From the NCBI RefSeq assembly GCF_009914755.1, contig NC_060929.1: a stretch of 64,000 nucleotides of DNA, one strand, 5' to 3'. The translations under genes and the position numbers were made by a program. Numbering within the stretch: the first letter of the stretch is position 1; each line of letters opens with the position of its first letter. Below the pieces are notes generated by a model that saw only the letters and a list, made by a program, of their open reading frames with translations, did not search any database and had not been told where the DNA came from. This document shows positions 27,555-40,924 of this stretch, one piece after another. This DNA comes from the human T2T-CHM13v2.0 reference genome, Homo sapiens.

Positions 27555-29020
27555 CTTCATTCGTTCATTTCAGGTGATGTTAATAACGCTTGAGAGATAT
27601 TATTGGCACAGAAGACAGGAATTTTGCTATTATATCATGGATCTTTAAAAAAAGTGAAGATAACTGGTAAAGTAAAAAAAAAAGATTAAGATAACTTCAA
27701 GTAGTGTTAAATAGTAGGAGATAATTAAATAGAAAGCGTTCTATGGCAAGGAACATGTTAGCTAGAGAGGACAGTTAATGGACATTTTAAATGATAACTT
27801 CCCAGCATAGATTTCAATAATATGTGTGTGAGAAACTTAAAATCTGAATGAGGGATGGGAGAGGCAAGAATTACAGATAGAGGGAAAGCAGGACTAAAAG
27901 GCTTGGGATAAGAATGTTATTTTATAGAATAATAGTAAAACCACGAGGATTGGAGAACAGAAACCAAGAGTGAGAACAGAAGGAGGTGGGTCCAGGCACA
28001 CAGGTAGCAGCCAAAGCATATAGGGGACAAGGAGTTTAAGTTTAATTGTAGATGCGATGCGAAGCTAATGGAAGGTTTTCATTTTATAATATATTTAATG
28101 ATCTGGCTTTTGTACAAAGTATCAATTATAAGGCAACAAGATAAAATACTCTAGGTAAAAAAAACAGAAGATTTTTTAACCAAGAACATTTGGATGAAAA
28201 TGGCACATTGTGTTCATAATAGAGATATGTTTTAAAGGAAAGTTGGCAGTTTTCTGGTGAATTGAATATAGACATGAAGAGAGAGAGAACTCAAGGGAAA
28301 TTTCTAAATTTTGTACTGAGCAATTGAGTAAATGGTAAAACTATTAACTAAAATGAGTAGGTTGAAATAGAAACAAGTTCTAGAGATGAAATTAAAGGGA
28401 AAGCCATAACTTTTTGATTTACTATTAAATTTGAGTTGCCTAATTGACATACGAGATGAGACCTTGAGTAGGAATTGGGATATTTATGTCTGGAGCTCAG
28501 GGGAGACTTCCGACCTGAAATTTCTCATTTGGGAGTCACCAGCATATAGATACTATCTTAAACAACGAGGCCGGATGCAAATAACCAGAAAGAGTGTTTA
28601 GACAGACAAGAGAGGAGGACGAAAGACAGTCCTGCATCACTCAAATATTTAAAGTATGGAAGAAAGTAAAAGCTGAAAAGGCAACCTAGAAGGACTGATT
28701 GGTGTGATAAGAGAAAAACCAAGATTGTGGTATGCTGGAAGACAAGTAAGAGACATGCTTTAAGAAGAGAGATATGACAGATGTTGCTGAAAATTTAAGA
28801 TGAAGACGAGGAATCTCTGAATTTGGCAAACTCAATATTGGTGACCTTGCAAAGAGTGATTTTAGAAGAATACTGGGAAAAATGCCTAATTGGAATGCAA
28901 TCAAGAGAAAATGGGAGGTAAGACTGAGAAGGTAGTAAGTATTATATATTCCTTTAAGAAGTTTTGCAATGAAGAACTGCAGAGAAATGAGATAGTAGCT
29001 AGGGAGAGCACTTGCATTGT
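27555..29020 (-). mobile_element. L2 LINE remnant
   Basis: Starts TTCATTCGTTCATT (reverse L2 tail); GTCTGGAGCTCAGGGGAGA...ATTTGGGAGTCACCAGCATATAGAT; may extend further 3'. Confidence 0.75.
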
Positions 29021-29783
29021 GTGTGTATATTAATGGAAATTATTCAGCACAGTGGAATATTAGCAGATTAAAGAAGGTGAACATTAGGTGAACGAAGAAC
29101 TTCCTATTTCAACTAATAGGAGTCAGACTCAGGATATAAATAAAGTATACTTGGAAAGAGAAAAGACCATTGATTAATTTTCAAAGAGAAAAAAGTTGAC
29201 ATAAGAAAAGACATAAATATATACTCGTCAGTAAAAAGATAAAGATCTCTTCTAAGGACCTATTTTTGCTGAGATAATTTATTAAACATAATCATCTTTT
29301 GAGAGAAACAAGGAGACTGGGCTATTGAAAGCTTAATAACATAAGAAAATAGGCAAAACATGTTTTGTTTAGTCAGAGTATTTCTTAGATAATTCTACTA
29401 GTATTGCCACCCAGTACTGCAGAATAATTTGAGATTTATGAGGATAAAATAATAAAGTGGGAAAGGTCATTTTACTTGCACGTTCTCATATCTTACATCA
29501 TATTTAAGAGCAAGAGTTTGGGAAGGGAATCAGAGAGAAATCTCGTTAAATCAAAATTGTCTTTTGCCTGCAGAGTGCATTGAGGAATAGAGGAGTAAGG
29601 AAATGCAGTGTACATGTAGGGGAAGGATTATGAGGTTGAAATGAAACATAATGAGGTCAAAGATCAGATGCATTAGGGACACTAAAATGATCTAAAAAAA
29701 TAAGATGCTGTGATCAAAGAGTGGGATAATTGTAATACAAATTTTGGATATAGTGCTCCTATTAGAGATAACAAGGTCTAGAG

Positions 29784-29971
29784 CAATGATTCTCAAACAA
29801 GAAACTGCTAGCATTTTGGAGTGGAAAATTCTTCACTGTGTGTAATTCACCAGCACATTGTGGAATGTTTCGATTCTCTAGTCCTGACTTAATAAATGCC
29901 ACAACTATCACTCCATTCCAATAACATATTTCCAGACTTCTCTTGAAGTAGTTTCCAAGTGAAAACCACTG
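29784..29971 (-). mobile_element. MER20 hAT DNA transposon
   Basis: Terminal inverted repeats CAATGATTCTCA...TGAAAACCACTG; internal AATTCTT..TGTG..CACATTGTGGAATGTT. Confidence 0.7.
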
Positions 29972-31899
29972 ACGTAGGGAAGCACAGTGGACCCTCATGG
30001 ATATAGTAAAGAGTTTTTGGAACTACTTTAAGGATGCTATGTACTCTTTTACATCTGTGTTTATTAACTGTTAGCTTTAAAAAGTTATGAACCATTTCCT
30101 TCTGTTTGTCTAGCACAATGTCCAGCACAGAGAAATCACTCAAAATGTATTTGGAGTAAATACATATAGAATGATGGAATCTATTTGTTCTTTACCTTTA
30201 AGTTTGATTGCATGTTTCACAAATGCTTTTTTGTGAATGATTTTATTTCCTAATGAGAAATTTAATAACTTTATAATTTCCTCTTTGAATGTTAAAAAGA
30301 AGCTCTTTCATTTATACCTAGCTTAGGTTTTGAAGTATATTTGCCTTAATCCACACAGTATGTTTGAATGCCTTTAGATGAACATATTTTTTTTACACAA
30401 GTCTCTAACATGCTCTTTTTCTTTACATTAGTCCTGTTTCAATCATTTATGTTACTTGTATGACCTTTCTAGGTAGTTGAGTTTAGGATTCTTAATATAA
30501 TCTCATAATTTTAGTTTAGATGATACTTGTATTAGGCTTAACCAAAAAGAATATCTGCACATAGTAAAAACAAGATAAATATTGATTGTGAATAACATCC
30601 ATATGATTTCCCTCATTTTGTTACAAGTAAAGAAAGCTCTGATCGAAAGTACTTGAATTCCAGATGCATAGAGGTATGTGCCTTCAATTCAAGAAAATCT
30701 TGTGCTATGGTACCTGATGCTTAAATACTTAGCATATTTTATTTTTAAAGTAGAACTTTTAACTTATAGAATATAACCCTCAGTTAAAGACTTCAACAAA
30801 TTAAATATGCATTAGATATGTTCTATTAACTCCTGTTTCTTTGAATAAAATCATATTTTTAAATATCTTAAGCATGCTAAAAATTCTATAATTTGGAATA
30901 ACTTGCATTTTCAATGTCTATAGCATTTAGCTTTCTCCAGTGTGTTTAATAACCAGGTTCTATCTTGTTGATTTCCACTCTGTACAAAATATTACATATG
31001 TAAAATGATTAGAGTGAAAAGAAAACATTTGGTCTGCATAATTCAATATATACTGCTATATAGTCATGTCTCGCAGTCTAAACAACTAATAGGTTAATTT
31101 TTGCAACCCCATCCTAAAAATGCTTCATAAAATACAATTGACAAGGTAAAACAAGGTGAAAGGTGAAAAGAACAAATTGAAGAAGGCATTAGGCTTTAAC
31201 TTGACTTCACAATTTTTTTTTTAACTCAGTGCTTTCAAAGACATGATTTTTAAGTTCTTTTGATATGGTTAAACAGTTATGTTTCCAACCTAGCTTTTTA
31301 GTATATGAGAAAGTTATTTTTAATGTCATAAATTATTCTCTAATTAATTGATGGAAAAAATGAATAGTGATTTAAACTAATATAAGCTTTTATAAAATTT
31401 TATTAATTATTGCAATAACTTTCAAGTAAAATAAAATTACCCATCCAGTAAGCAATGAATTTATACTTCGCATCACCATGAGTTCACAGGTATTAAATTA
31501 GCCACAAAGGAACTCTTGGGAAGAATCCAAACTTAATAAGAATGGAGAAGAATGCTGTTTTAAAAAGAACATGAAGCCAAAAGTATGGCATATAACTCTG
31601 ATTCAGTCCACGATAATGTGTCACTATTTCTCTGCTATTTTTATAGATAGTTATATTTTTGCCTCTATTCTTAGTCCTCTTTCTTTCTCAAAGAAAGCTG
31701 AATTTCAGGAGAACTGAACTAGTTTTTTTTTTCTCTTTGTAAAAACCAAACTATTTTTAGACCTCAGATATTTCTATCATTAAACCCATGTGACAAAGCA
31801 TATTTTGAAAAGGAGCATGGCTTATAAAATGGTTTTCACACTGTGAGTATGTGAGTATTTCTTTAATTCCAGAATAATAACAACAATCAGGTCTCAAAA

Positions 31900-32230
31900 A
31901 TCTCTGTAAGTGGCTGCCTGCCAACTTTCAGCACATAGCCCCTTAAAGTCCCTTGATAGTTAGGGCTTGCTGCCTGCCATATAATGCTGAAGCTCTTGGC
32001 AAGACTCTCCCAATTTATGGGGCTTTGGGAGACACAGCCTTGAGCTCTGTTGCAGCAATAGTTGAGCATCTGCCATGCCAGAAAGCCCAGAGTTTCCGCT
32101 GGCAACAGCGTGTCCCTGCCCAGGCAAGCATTGCAGAGTGCAGGAGAGCCAGAAGACTCCCGTAAGGCTGGAGGCACAGTTTCCATTTGCCAGGCTGCCA
32201 ACATCAAGCAGTTGATGTTTAGCCGTGACT
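31900..32230. promoter_or_regulatory. Candidate enhancer (NFI/RFX motif cluster)
   Basis: Two near-perfect full NFI sites, eight TGGCA/TGCCA half-sites and an X-box in non-repeat DNA with raised GC; function inferred. Confidence 0.4.
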
Positions 32231-32409
32231 GCAAATATATCATATGAAAATCTTTGACAATCTGCATTTGAAACACCTTTGTACCATCAAGTAAAATGTA
32301 TGTATTAATTTTACATAAATATTAGCCAGAAATATTAACCTTACTAAGGATTAAGGTTGAAGATTAAGCAGTCCTACTCTAGACAATATCGGGACATTGA
32401 TGTTACATT

Positions 32410-32630
32410 ATTACTATTATATTAGTTACCATTACTGAATATGCGCCAGATCTCAGACACCATGTTAAATGATTTACATACATTACATTTTGTATGACAA
32501 TACAAATCCAATTTAAAAGTTGTGAAATTCACACAAAGTCACTTTAAGACACTTGCTCAGTGTCAAGGCTTGTAGATGGGAGAGCTGGAACTTGAACGCA
32601 GGTTTTTCTGATACCAAAGGCTCCATGCTA
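32410..32630 (-). mobile_element. MIR SINE
   Basis: ACTTGCTCAGTGTCA...GAGCTGGAACTTGAACGCAGG. Confidence 0.65.
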
Positions 32631-32659
32631 TTCTGTTTTTCTAGTGCCTTTGCAATTTT

Positions 32660-32714
32660 TTAAACTTTCATTTTAGGTTTGGGGGTACATGTGAAGGTTT
32701 GTTACCTAGGTAAA
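32660..32714 (-). mobile_element. Extremely 5'-truncated L1PA/L1PB 3' terminus (55 bp)
   Basis: TTTTAGGTTTGGGGGTACATGTGAAGGTTTGTTAC.TAGGTAAA; 11-bp TSD TTTGCAATTTT at 32649-59 and 32715-25. Confidence 0.85.
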
Positions 32715-33879
32715 TTTGCAATTTTCCTTCTCACTCTCAGGACTCATTAGAGTGGAAAGGAGTTAGACTTACAAGACTTTCTACACTTTTCTGAAATTCT
32801 GGGTCTGCGATTTTTAAGGAACCTGGACTAGAAACAAAGTGAGCTCTGAACAAATCTTTAGTAATTTTTTAAACACAAAATTTGAGGCTTGTATTACTCA
32901 AGATTATTTTCTTTAACACTTTCACTGAAGTTCTGCTTAAGTTTGGATAAGCTTCCCAATGCCTCCACGTCACAGTATGTGTTAAGATTAGACATTAGAA
33001 AAATCAGTTACTTAGAGAGATTTAGAAGGAAAAAGATGCAATTTAATATATCTGACCAGTGGCTTTAACAATTGACATAAAAAAGCATTTGGAATCAACA
33101 TTATCTATGCATAATACTATTTACCCATGAAAAATATTTACCCACTCAAATATGTGCTATATTAACCATAGGTATAGCCCATGAATGTGGGTCATGGTAT
33201 AGCCATGAATGTATATGGTTATATAATTTTTATTAATAGGCATGTCAATTGTCACATATGTTAAGACAGATACATAGCTGAGAAGCCCTGTTGTTACACA
33301 GACACATGTGCAGACTCATACCATTACCTAGAAATATTTCTTATTTTCTAATCCAGAATACAAAGAAAATATATTTTTAAGAAATTTCATTTTATTGTGG
33401 AATAACTTATTTATAAGGACACTATAGCTCATCATTTGATCACTTGTTTGGTTGTCTATTTTGTAGAATAATCTTTATTCATTTATTAAATTGTATGTAA
33501 AAAATGTAATAAAGAAAATACACAGGATACAAACTTAAATAAAAAGTACTATCACCTGTAAACACCCCAAAATAAATATACACCTTTTCAGACACAAATG
33601 ACATTCACAGTATGTCGCTTATGGAGAAGAAAAAACAAAGCTGTAAGTAATATTTGCCTCTTTCAACCCCTGAAATAAATCAGAATTCTATATTCTACTA
33701 TCCTCAATAATAAATTGTTAATGAAATAAAGACAGGAAATTACAAAATGAGGGCAAAAATGCTTTATGTGGAGGACGATTTGTCTAATCTCTTCATTTTT
33801 TGTTGACAAATTGAGAGATCATAAGATATACCACTGAAAAGAAAGAAAGAAAAAGAATAAGACATCAAACAGTGTAAGC

Positions 33880-34275
33880 CAGAAAATCTTCCTCTTCTTT
33901 ACTCCTCCGTGCCATATCCAATCATTTCTAAGTCATGTGGTTTTTACCACATTTCCATATCTGCTTAAAATTCTCCCTCCCCTCTAGTTAACATGTCCTT
34001 GCCTGAAGCATCACTTCTCTGGGGGGAGCTGTGTCTACTGCCCCACTGTGCATCAGGCTGCCTCTTAGACATTCTCAGAGAGCTCTGATAATTTCCTTCA
34101 GAGCCCTTATCTGAGTCTGTTATTGGATGTTTACTGATATGATTATTTGATTATTTCTCTCATTTTTCTGAGAGAATAGGGACCATGTCTATTTACTTCT
34201 CTCCATTTTGTTCATATCTTCAACACGTCGTCTGGCACATAGTTGTCAATCTTCTTTGACTGATTGAATGAACAA
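33880..34275 (+). mobile_element. L2 3' fragment
   Basis: GAGAATAGGGACCATGTCT...GTCTGGCACATAG...TGATTGAATGAA. Confidence 0.6.
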
Positions 34276-34402
34276 AATTAATACATAATTTAAAATTTAA
34301 ATTACTGTTAAAAGTTAAAGAAAATAATTTTTGGAATATGAGATAGTTCATATCCTTATAGATTTGAATATAATTGTTCTCTCCAAAATATTATCACTCT
34401 AA

Positions 34403-34832
34403 TTCTTTTTTATTGTATACATTTACAGTATACAACATGATGTTTTTATGTATTGATACATGGTTAAATGACGATTACAGGTAAGCAACTTAACATAATC
34501 ATCATCTCACATAGGTACTTTTTGTGTGCATGTGGTAACAACGCCTAAACTTGCTCTGTTAGAAAATATCCTGGACACAATACAATACGATTAACGATGG
34601 TTCTCGTGCTATATTTTAGATATCTAGATTTTTTTCCTCCTACATAAAACTGAGACTTTGTACACTTTAATCTACATCTCCCTATTCCACCTCCCTTTCC
34701 CACCTCTAGCAACTAGCATTTTATTCTCTGTTTCTATGTATTCTACTTTTGTTTTTCTTAAAAAAAATTCCACATATAAAAGTGAGCACAAAGTATTCTT
34801 TTTCTTTGGCTGGCTATTACACTTAACATAAC
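34403..34832 (-). mobile_element. L1MA9/10-like 3' end
   Basis: ATTGTATACATTTACAGTATACAACATGATGTTTT...AACTGAGACTTTGTACACTTT...ATTCTCTGTTTCTATG. Confidence 0.8.
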
Positions 34833-37659
34833 ACTTATCCTTTAAGATTCAGAATAAATATTATCAATATTACTACTTCATGAAACATTTTTCCAGGAAC
34901 CAGTAAAAGACACATAGAGAAGACTTGAACCTAACATGTAGCTTGAGGCTAAGCCACCCAGAAAACACAACAGTTAGGAAAGTAACCACTTGCGGTCACA
35001 AAGTCAGTGAAATATTGGGGCTCTTTATTAAACAACATTGTTTGGGAAATTACTAATAGAGCTATTTCCTCTTTAATCCAACTACATCACCAAGGGGTCA
35101 AAGGAATCACATTTGGTTTTGTAGTAGTACTAGTACACGTGATTAACTGCCCATATTTCATGGAATCATAGAAATATTTTGCTGTATATAATGGGGTGTG
35201 TTCTAGTATTATTTTTAAATGACTAAAACAAATAGAAAAACTGGAAACTTTTTGAAAAGTGGATAAATGGCTTCGTTTTGTCACCACAATACATCTTCAA
35301 AACTAATTTTCCAACCCATCTTCCAAGTGTGAGAGTCAAAAAGAAATAACTGTATTTGCAAGATTTCAGAGTTTATTGTAAATAAGTGATTTAATGAGAG
35401 ACATATTCAAAATTACTAATTACTATATTTGAAATCATTTCATGTCACACATTTCCCATGGTTCTTTAGAATTTAGGTTTTATATGATATAGATTTTGCA
35501 TGACAGACTTTTCCTTTAATTCAGCTGTTTCTCTACGTAAAAGGTAAATAGAACCTAAGACAAAAAGGTCCTGTATAAAAATAGTTTCAATGAAATATAA
35601 CTAGGACAAAGATTCTGATTTCTGTTGATAGCAAAAATGTTTTTGCAAAGTAACATCTGGATTTTTTGTAGGTGTTGAGTTGCCATGATATTATGGAAAA
35701 GCAAAGGGCCACATTGGTGTGGGTGAAATGCCAGTGCAGGGAGAATGGAAGTGAGCACATATCATACACTCTGACTTAATTGGGATGGGGAGTTTTCTTC
35801 CACTTTTCCTTGGCTCATTAACTAGGAGTCTGCTCCCATCAGCACTTGAAAGAATATAAGCTTGTGCTAAGGATCTTTCACCCCAGACACTTATGACTTG
35901 TCTACACTGGCATAACTTTTTATTCTTCCATTTATTTCTCATAGGACTCTCATATCAGCAGTTTGATTACTGGCCACTGTATTGTGCCTTATATCAGTCA
36001 TATTAATATTTATTATCAACAGTGGGCAGACCTGAAAAGAGATTAGCACTCTTTTAATCATAATGTGTTTGAGGGTATGATAGTCTGATTTTCCCATTAT
36101 TATCATCAATCTGAGATAGAGGAAAGATTGAAGTAACACTAGCATGTCCTTGCATAATCAAAGCTCAGTTGCTAGAAAAAGGTTTTTAAGTTCAAATTGT
36201 GTCCCCTTAGCAGTTGAGGAATGAAAAAATCAAAATATCAAAAGAGGAAGACTGGAGTAATTGTGGCTGACATTTCTCATGCTCATCTTTCATTTCTTGA
36301 ATGAAGTGGGTGTATATGGGAGATGAGTGATGGTGGTGGTGAGTGGGGGGAAGTGGGAGGGAGAAACAGAGAAACTGAAAAATGTGAGTCTTTCTATATT
36401 TTCCCATAAAAAGGGCTGTGTTCACTAGAGTAAAATACTTTATTTATCTATCTAACTATCTTCCAAAGTGAATTTGCTGGTCAAATTTACTATGGCTTTT
36501 TTAATATAAAAATTTTGGTTTTCCTATGACTGGAGTTGTCCCTTGATACCAACATTAAGAAATAGGATATATTGTAATAGAATATAGCATATTGGAAACT
36601 AATAATATTTTAAATACCTGAAAAAAGTACTCTTAGGCAGCAAGGAAATTTTTTTAAAAATAGTGAAATTATGATATGAGATTCACTTTTGTAATGCAAG
36701 ATTATCTAAAGTAGAAAAATATTTTTAAGAGCAAAAAAATCAATGCATGATTTGCCTAAATCAAAAATATTTATATACTGAACTTATGTTTGCCAATCTA
36801 TAAGTTGAGTATTTGAGTTTTAAATTGAATCACATACATTGTGCAGTAACAATGGTGCCCTGCCTTGATGTTGTATTATTATCCAGGAATAAATTATTGT
36901 GTCCCTCTTTCCACTCTGTTTCTCCTGTGCTTTTCCAATTTGTTCTGGAAGAGCACAATCATATCAGGTTTTAGTGTGCTGCTGCATAGATTTAAGAGAG
37001 TATATATCACCTATATCACCAGGCCTCCCCCTTGTATTTCCAGAATGTATGATATAAATTATTGGGAAGTATATACTGAAAACATGACTTTAGTAAATCT
37101 GGTTTAATACCTAATACTCTGAATGGAGCCAAAACAGAGACAGATAACAGACAATGTGAAAATGAAAATTTACTTAAAATGAAAGGTACATATATAGAGA
37201 ACCTCTTTGAATGAGTTTTTAAGACAGTTTTTTCTTTTCTCTCACCAAATCTATTCTCAAGTCAGTTTTCATAATAGAAATTGCATTTACCAAAACATGA
37301 ACATTTCACATGTACATATAATTTTCTCAAAAATTTAATTTGTTTCCATTATTTGTTATATTCATTTCATAGTATATTTAAATCTATAAATACATTATTT
37401 ATGAAGCCTAGATATGATTTTTATATTCTATGAATATGTGAAACATGTACATTTGTTTTTTAACTTGTCATTCTGCTTTAAAAAGAAACAAAAACTCATG
37501 CACAGAAAATTCCTTTACATTTTGTTAAGTTTTTGCTTCCATTTTGTTACTAACTTTACATAATACATTGTCACTGTTTTCGAGGACTGTTGGCAATGAC
37601 AAGTGCTATGTCATGGGCAGATCACTTTTAAATGTATCTTGACATAATTTCTTCAACTG

Positions 37660-39240
37660 CATCCATATATCTTTTCATTTCACTTAAAAATGTTCTCCCC
37701 ATGCTAACTATGTGCTAGAATATGCCAGATGTCATATATACAGTCATAAACAAGACAGTTTTGGTTTTCTACCCTTGCAAAGTTAGTTTCTAATTTGTAT
37801 GGAAAACATGAAAAAATTATACATAAAATAGTAAAGGTTATGATAGAAAAAGTATACATTGTTATGAGAAAACATAATAATGGTAACTCATCTAGTCTCC
37901 AAGTAATTTGAAGTTTTAAACTGACACCTGAAATACATGCTAGTATAAATATATAACTTAAGAGATGTTTATTCACTTAGCATGTCCTAGCACTCAGTAT
38001 AATATATAACTGATGTATAGTAGGCAGCCAAAAACCATAGAGAATAAATAATAGATGAGTGAAAGGGCTTGGCAACCAAAGAGATTTCATAGTGAGATGG
38101 GTGCAAGGTGTTAAATTATGCCCCTGGCTGACAGAGAGAATGGACTCCCCGTAGTTACCTAAGATGATTAAAGTTAAGGCAAACCAGGCAGCCATAGCTG
38201 GGTGAGGGAGGAGTCACATACTGTATGTTATCAGAAAGATGTTGTAAAAGTGTTACAAGACCTTCCTTTCTACAATCAAGCCAAACCAGTTCCTGTTGTG
38301 GGTGCTGAGATAAACTGTGGCCAACACCCGCCTACCCCACTGGTTATTTGAAAGAAACATCTGACAGAGACCTCTGGTTTGGGGCTTGTAAACCATCCAA
38401 ACAGGGCTTGCCTATTTTGACCAATCAGAACCAAACAAGTTTGAATCTTTGATTTGCATAAACGGACTTGATTGAGAACCTGAGTAAGAACTTTCCCCTT
38501 TTAAGCCAGATCTTCACTTTTTTTTCTACAGAGAATGTACTTTCACCTTACTGAATTCTGTGCCTCCCCAATCAGCAGACTTTTTTCTTAGAAAATCGTT
38601 ATATTTTTGCCCCCACTGAACTCATTAATCTTTGATTAACAAAGTTTGCAGAGAGAACAGAAAACATAAAGGCTTGAATGTGAGAGGATATAGAGAAAAT
38701 AAGTTAATCATGACTAGGTGAAGAATGAAGAGATGAAGTTGGAGTTTTAGATAGAGGCCAGGTTCTCAAATATTTTTGAGTCCCTGAAACCAACTGAAAT
38801 TAAAAAAAAAAGATTTACATAATTAAATCATCAAATTGAATTTCAGAAAAATCACTCAGGCAACTCTGTAGAGAATAGCTTGTAGGGGCCAAATCTGGTA
38901 GAAGAGAGAATTTAAGACTGTAAAGGTCATCCAGCTGGGATAAATGAGCTCATCTAGCTGAGAGAAGATGATATCTCAGACTGTTAATACAGTTGGATTT
39001 TTGAGAAATGTGAACATGTCCCTAAAGAACTTAGGGACATGAAAAACTTAGTTATGAGTTTAATGTGTTGAATGTGGAAGAGGTTCGTGTCAAGGAAGAT
39101 TCTCATGTGCTAAGGGAACTAAAATAACAGTAGTATTTTAAAGAAAAATAGACCTGTGCAAAAAGAATCTGAGATGTCTGTGTGGTATTCACATTAAAGT
39201 GTCTAGATGACAAATGGAAATTAGGGTACAAAGAGGTTAT
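37660..39240 (-). mobile_element. L2 remnant (interrupted by an LTR)
   Basis: ACTATGTGCTAG...AAACAAGACAG; AAAATCACTCAGGCAACTCTGTAGAGAATAG; purine-rich L2-like composition; boundaries approximate. Confidence 0.55.
38109..38641 (+). mobile_element. ERV1-type solo LTR (family uncertain, possibly MER89-like)
   Basis: TGTTAA...TTAACA inverted termini, 533 bp, AAGG/AAGT flanks, CCAAT box and octamer in a U3-like position. Confidence 0.7.
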
Positions 39241-39540
39241 CAGTTTTCTCCACTAGAAAATATCATATATTTCCAAGATGTGAAGGGTAGAGTTTATCTA
39301 GGGATTTGAAAGTCCAGTTTGCAGGAAGGTAATTAACTATTTTAGCTGAGAAGTCGTTTCTGAGATTTTGATCTCACAGAGACTGTGGAGTTTAACCTGT
39401 TGGTACAGTAGTGGCTGAAGAGTCAAATAATGAAATCTAAAACACAAAGCTAAGGAAATGGAAGCTGGTGGAAGTGGGGGAAAAAAATGAACATAATGTG
39501 CTCCTGGTCAAAAACAGCATTTAGAAATAATTGACCCAAT

Positions 39541-39642
39541 GGAGGCGGAGATTGCAGTGAGCCGAGACCACGCCACTGCACTCCACCCTGGGCGACGGAG
39601 AGAGACTCCGTCTCAAAAAAAAAAAAAAAAGAAAAACAAAAA
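39541..39642 (+). mobile_element. 5'-truncated Alu (end of right arm only)
   Basis: GGAGGCGGAGATTGCAGTGAGCCGAG...GACTCCGTCTC plus A tail; 18-bp TSD AGAAATAAT(T/A)GACCCAAT. Confidence 0.93.
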
Positions 39643-40924
39643 AGAAATAATAGACCCAATAATATAGAGGAAGCATTGCTGTTGTTCTAGGTTAAATAAG
39701 AATTAGTGTATGGGTTTAAAATTTTTTACTTGAAAAATGGTGAGTAAATGCATAATTCTATAGAAGTATCTCTAGAGAACTCAGCTGGTGCAGTGCTTAT
39801 CACTTAATTTCTTGGATGTAACCAGAATGCAAAATAAATCTTGTTGCCTTGTTTATCTTTTATGTCCAAATAGCAAAATAGGGAAGTGGATTCCTAAACA
39901 TATTAAGCCAAAACTTTTAAAAACCACCAAAGGAGGTGAGAAATGAAAGATGCCTAGTATCTTTTCGTGGACTATTTGGACACCTAGGCCGATCATTTTG
40001 AGACCAAGTAGAGGGCTGCTTGAATGCAGAAATTGTTCTTTCAAGGCAGATAAAAAGTCATGCGTGTTCTCTTATCCATGATCCATAGTCGTCATAAATA
40101 TTTCCTTTTTTGTTATAATTCTGGGCCAAAAAGAAAATTAAAAATTGTTTGACTTTCATAGCTTGATCAACCACAGACTTATTTTTATTTAGACAATAAT
40201 AAATTCTAGTAGATTACCTGTTCAAGAGAAAAATCAATTTTGTGATTCATAAGTTTAAGAAAGTTACCATTGATATAATAAGGAATTAAAAATATATATC
40301 CTGCAATGAACTTAAATAAGGGATATTTCACCCTCTGACCAATCTTGCTTTTCATAAATGGGCATGATCAGTTTCAATTAATACTGTTGTCATCTCTATA
40401 TGGTCATTGTTCTCTGCAAGAAACTACTTGCTAAGAAAGATAATTTTTATCTCCTTTAGAAAAGCAGGAGTTATAGGATAAATGCTTATGTTAAGAAGTT
40501 TCAGGCAACTGAGTATTTCATAGACATTTACTTGATTTTCTTCTAAAGTAGCAAAAGTTTAGGAATGTAAATGCCTATTTTGCTATGAAGATAATTTATT
40601 ATTTTGATGAGAAATATATTCTAAAGGTTCATTACTATAAAAATGTATTACAGATTCCAAAATTAAAGTAGATACATTAAAGACCAACCTAGCATTGTCA
40701 AAAGCAGAATGAGTTGTACAAATTCACAGTTTATTGGAGAAGGAGGGAATAGTTTTATTACAATGTCCGTGGGGATCTGAGCTTACTGTGCTCAGATTAT
40801 TCCTCATTATCACTTTCAGCATACCACAGGAGCTTTCCAAATCTTATATGGAATAGACTACAAAGAATAAAGTTAGAGATAGGCCCACATATACTACTTC
40901 GAGATACACTTAGTCAAGCAGCAG

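Noticed and set aside
31887-32276. 129-aa minus-strand ORF
   Set aside because: No recognisable protein features or supporting gene structure; explained by locally higher GC; region reported as an enhancer candidate instead
35880-36050. Minus-strand acceptor CTAATCTCTTTTCAG|G at 36031
   Set aside because: Only a weak donor (GGG|GTGAAA) nearby and no other support
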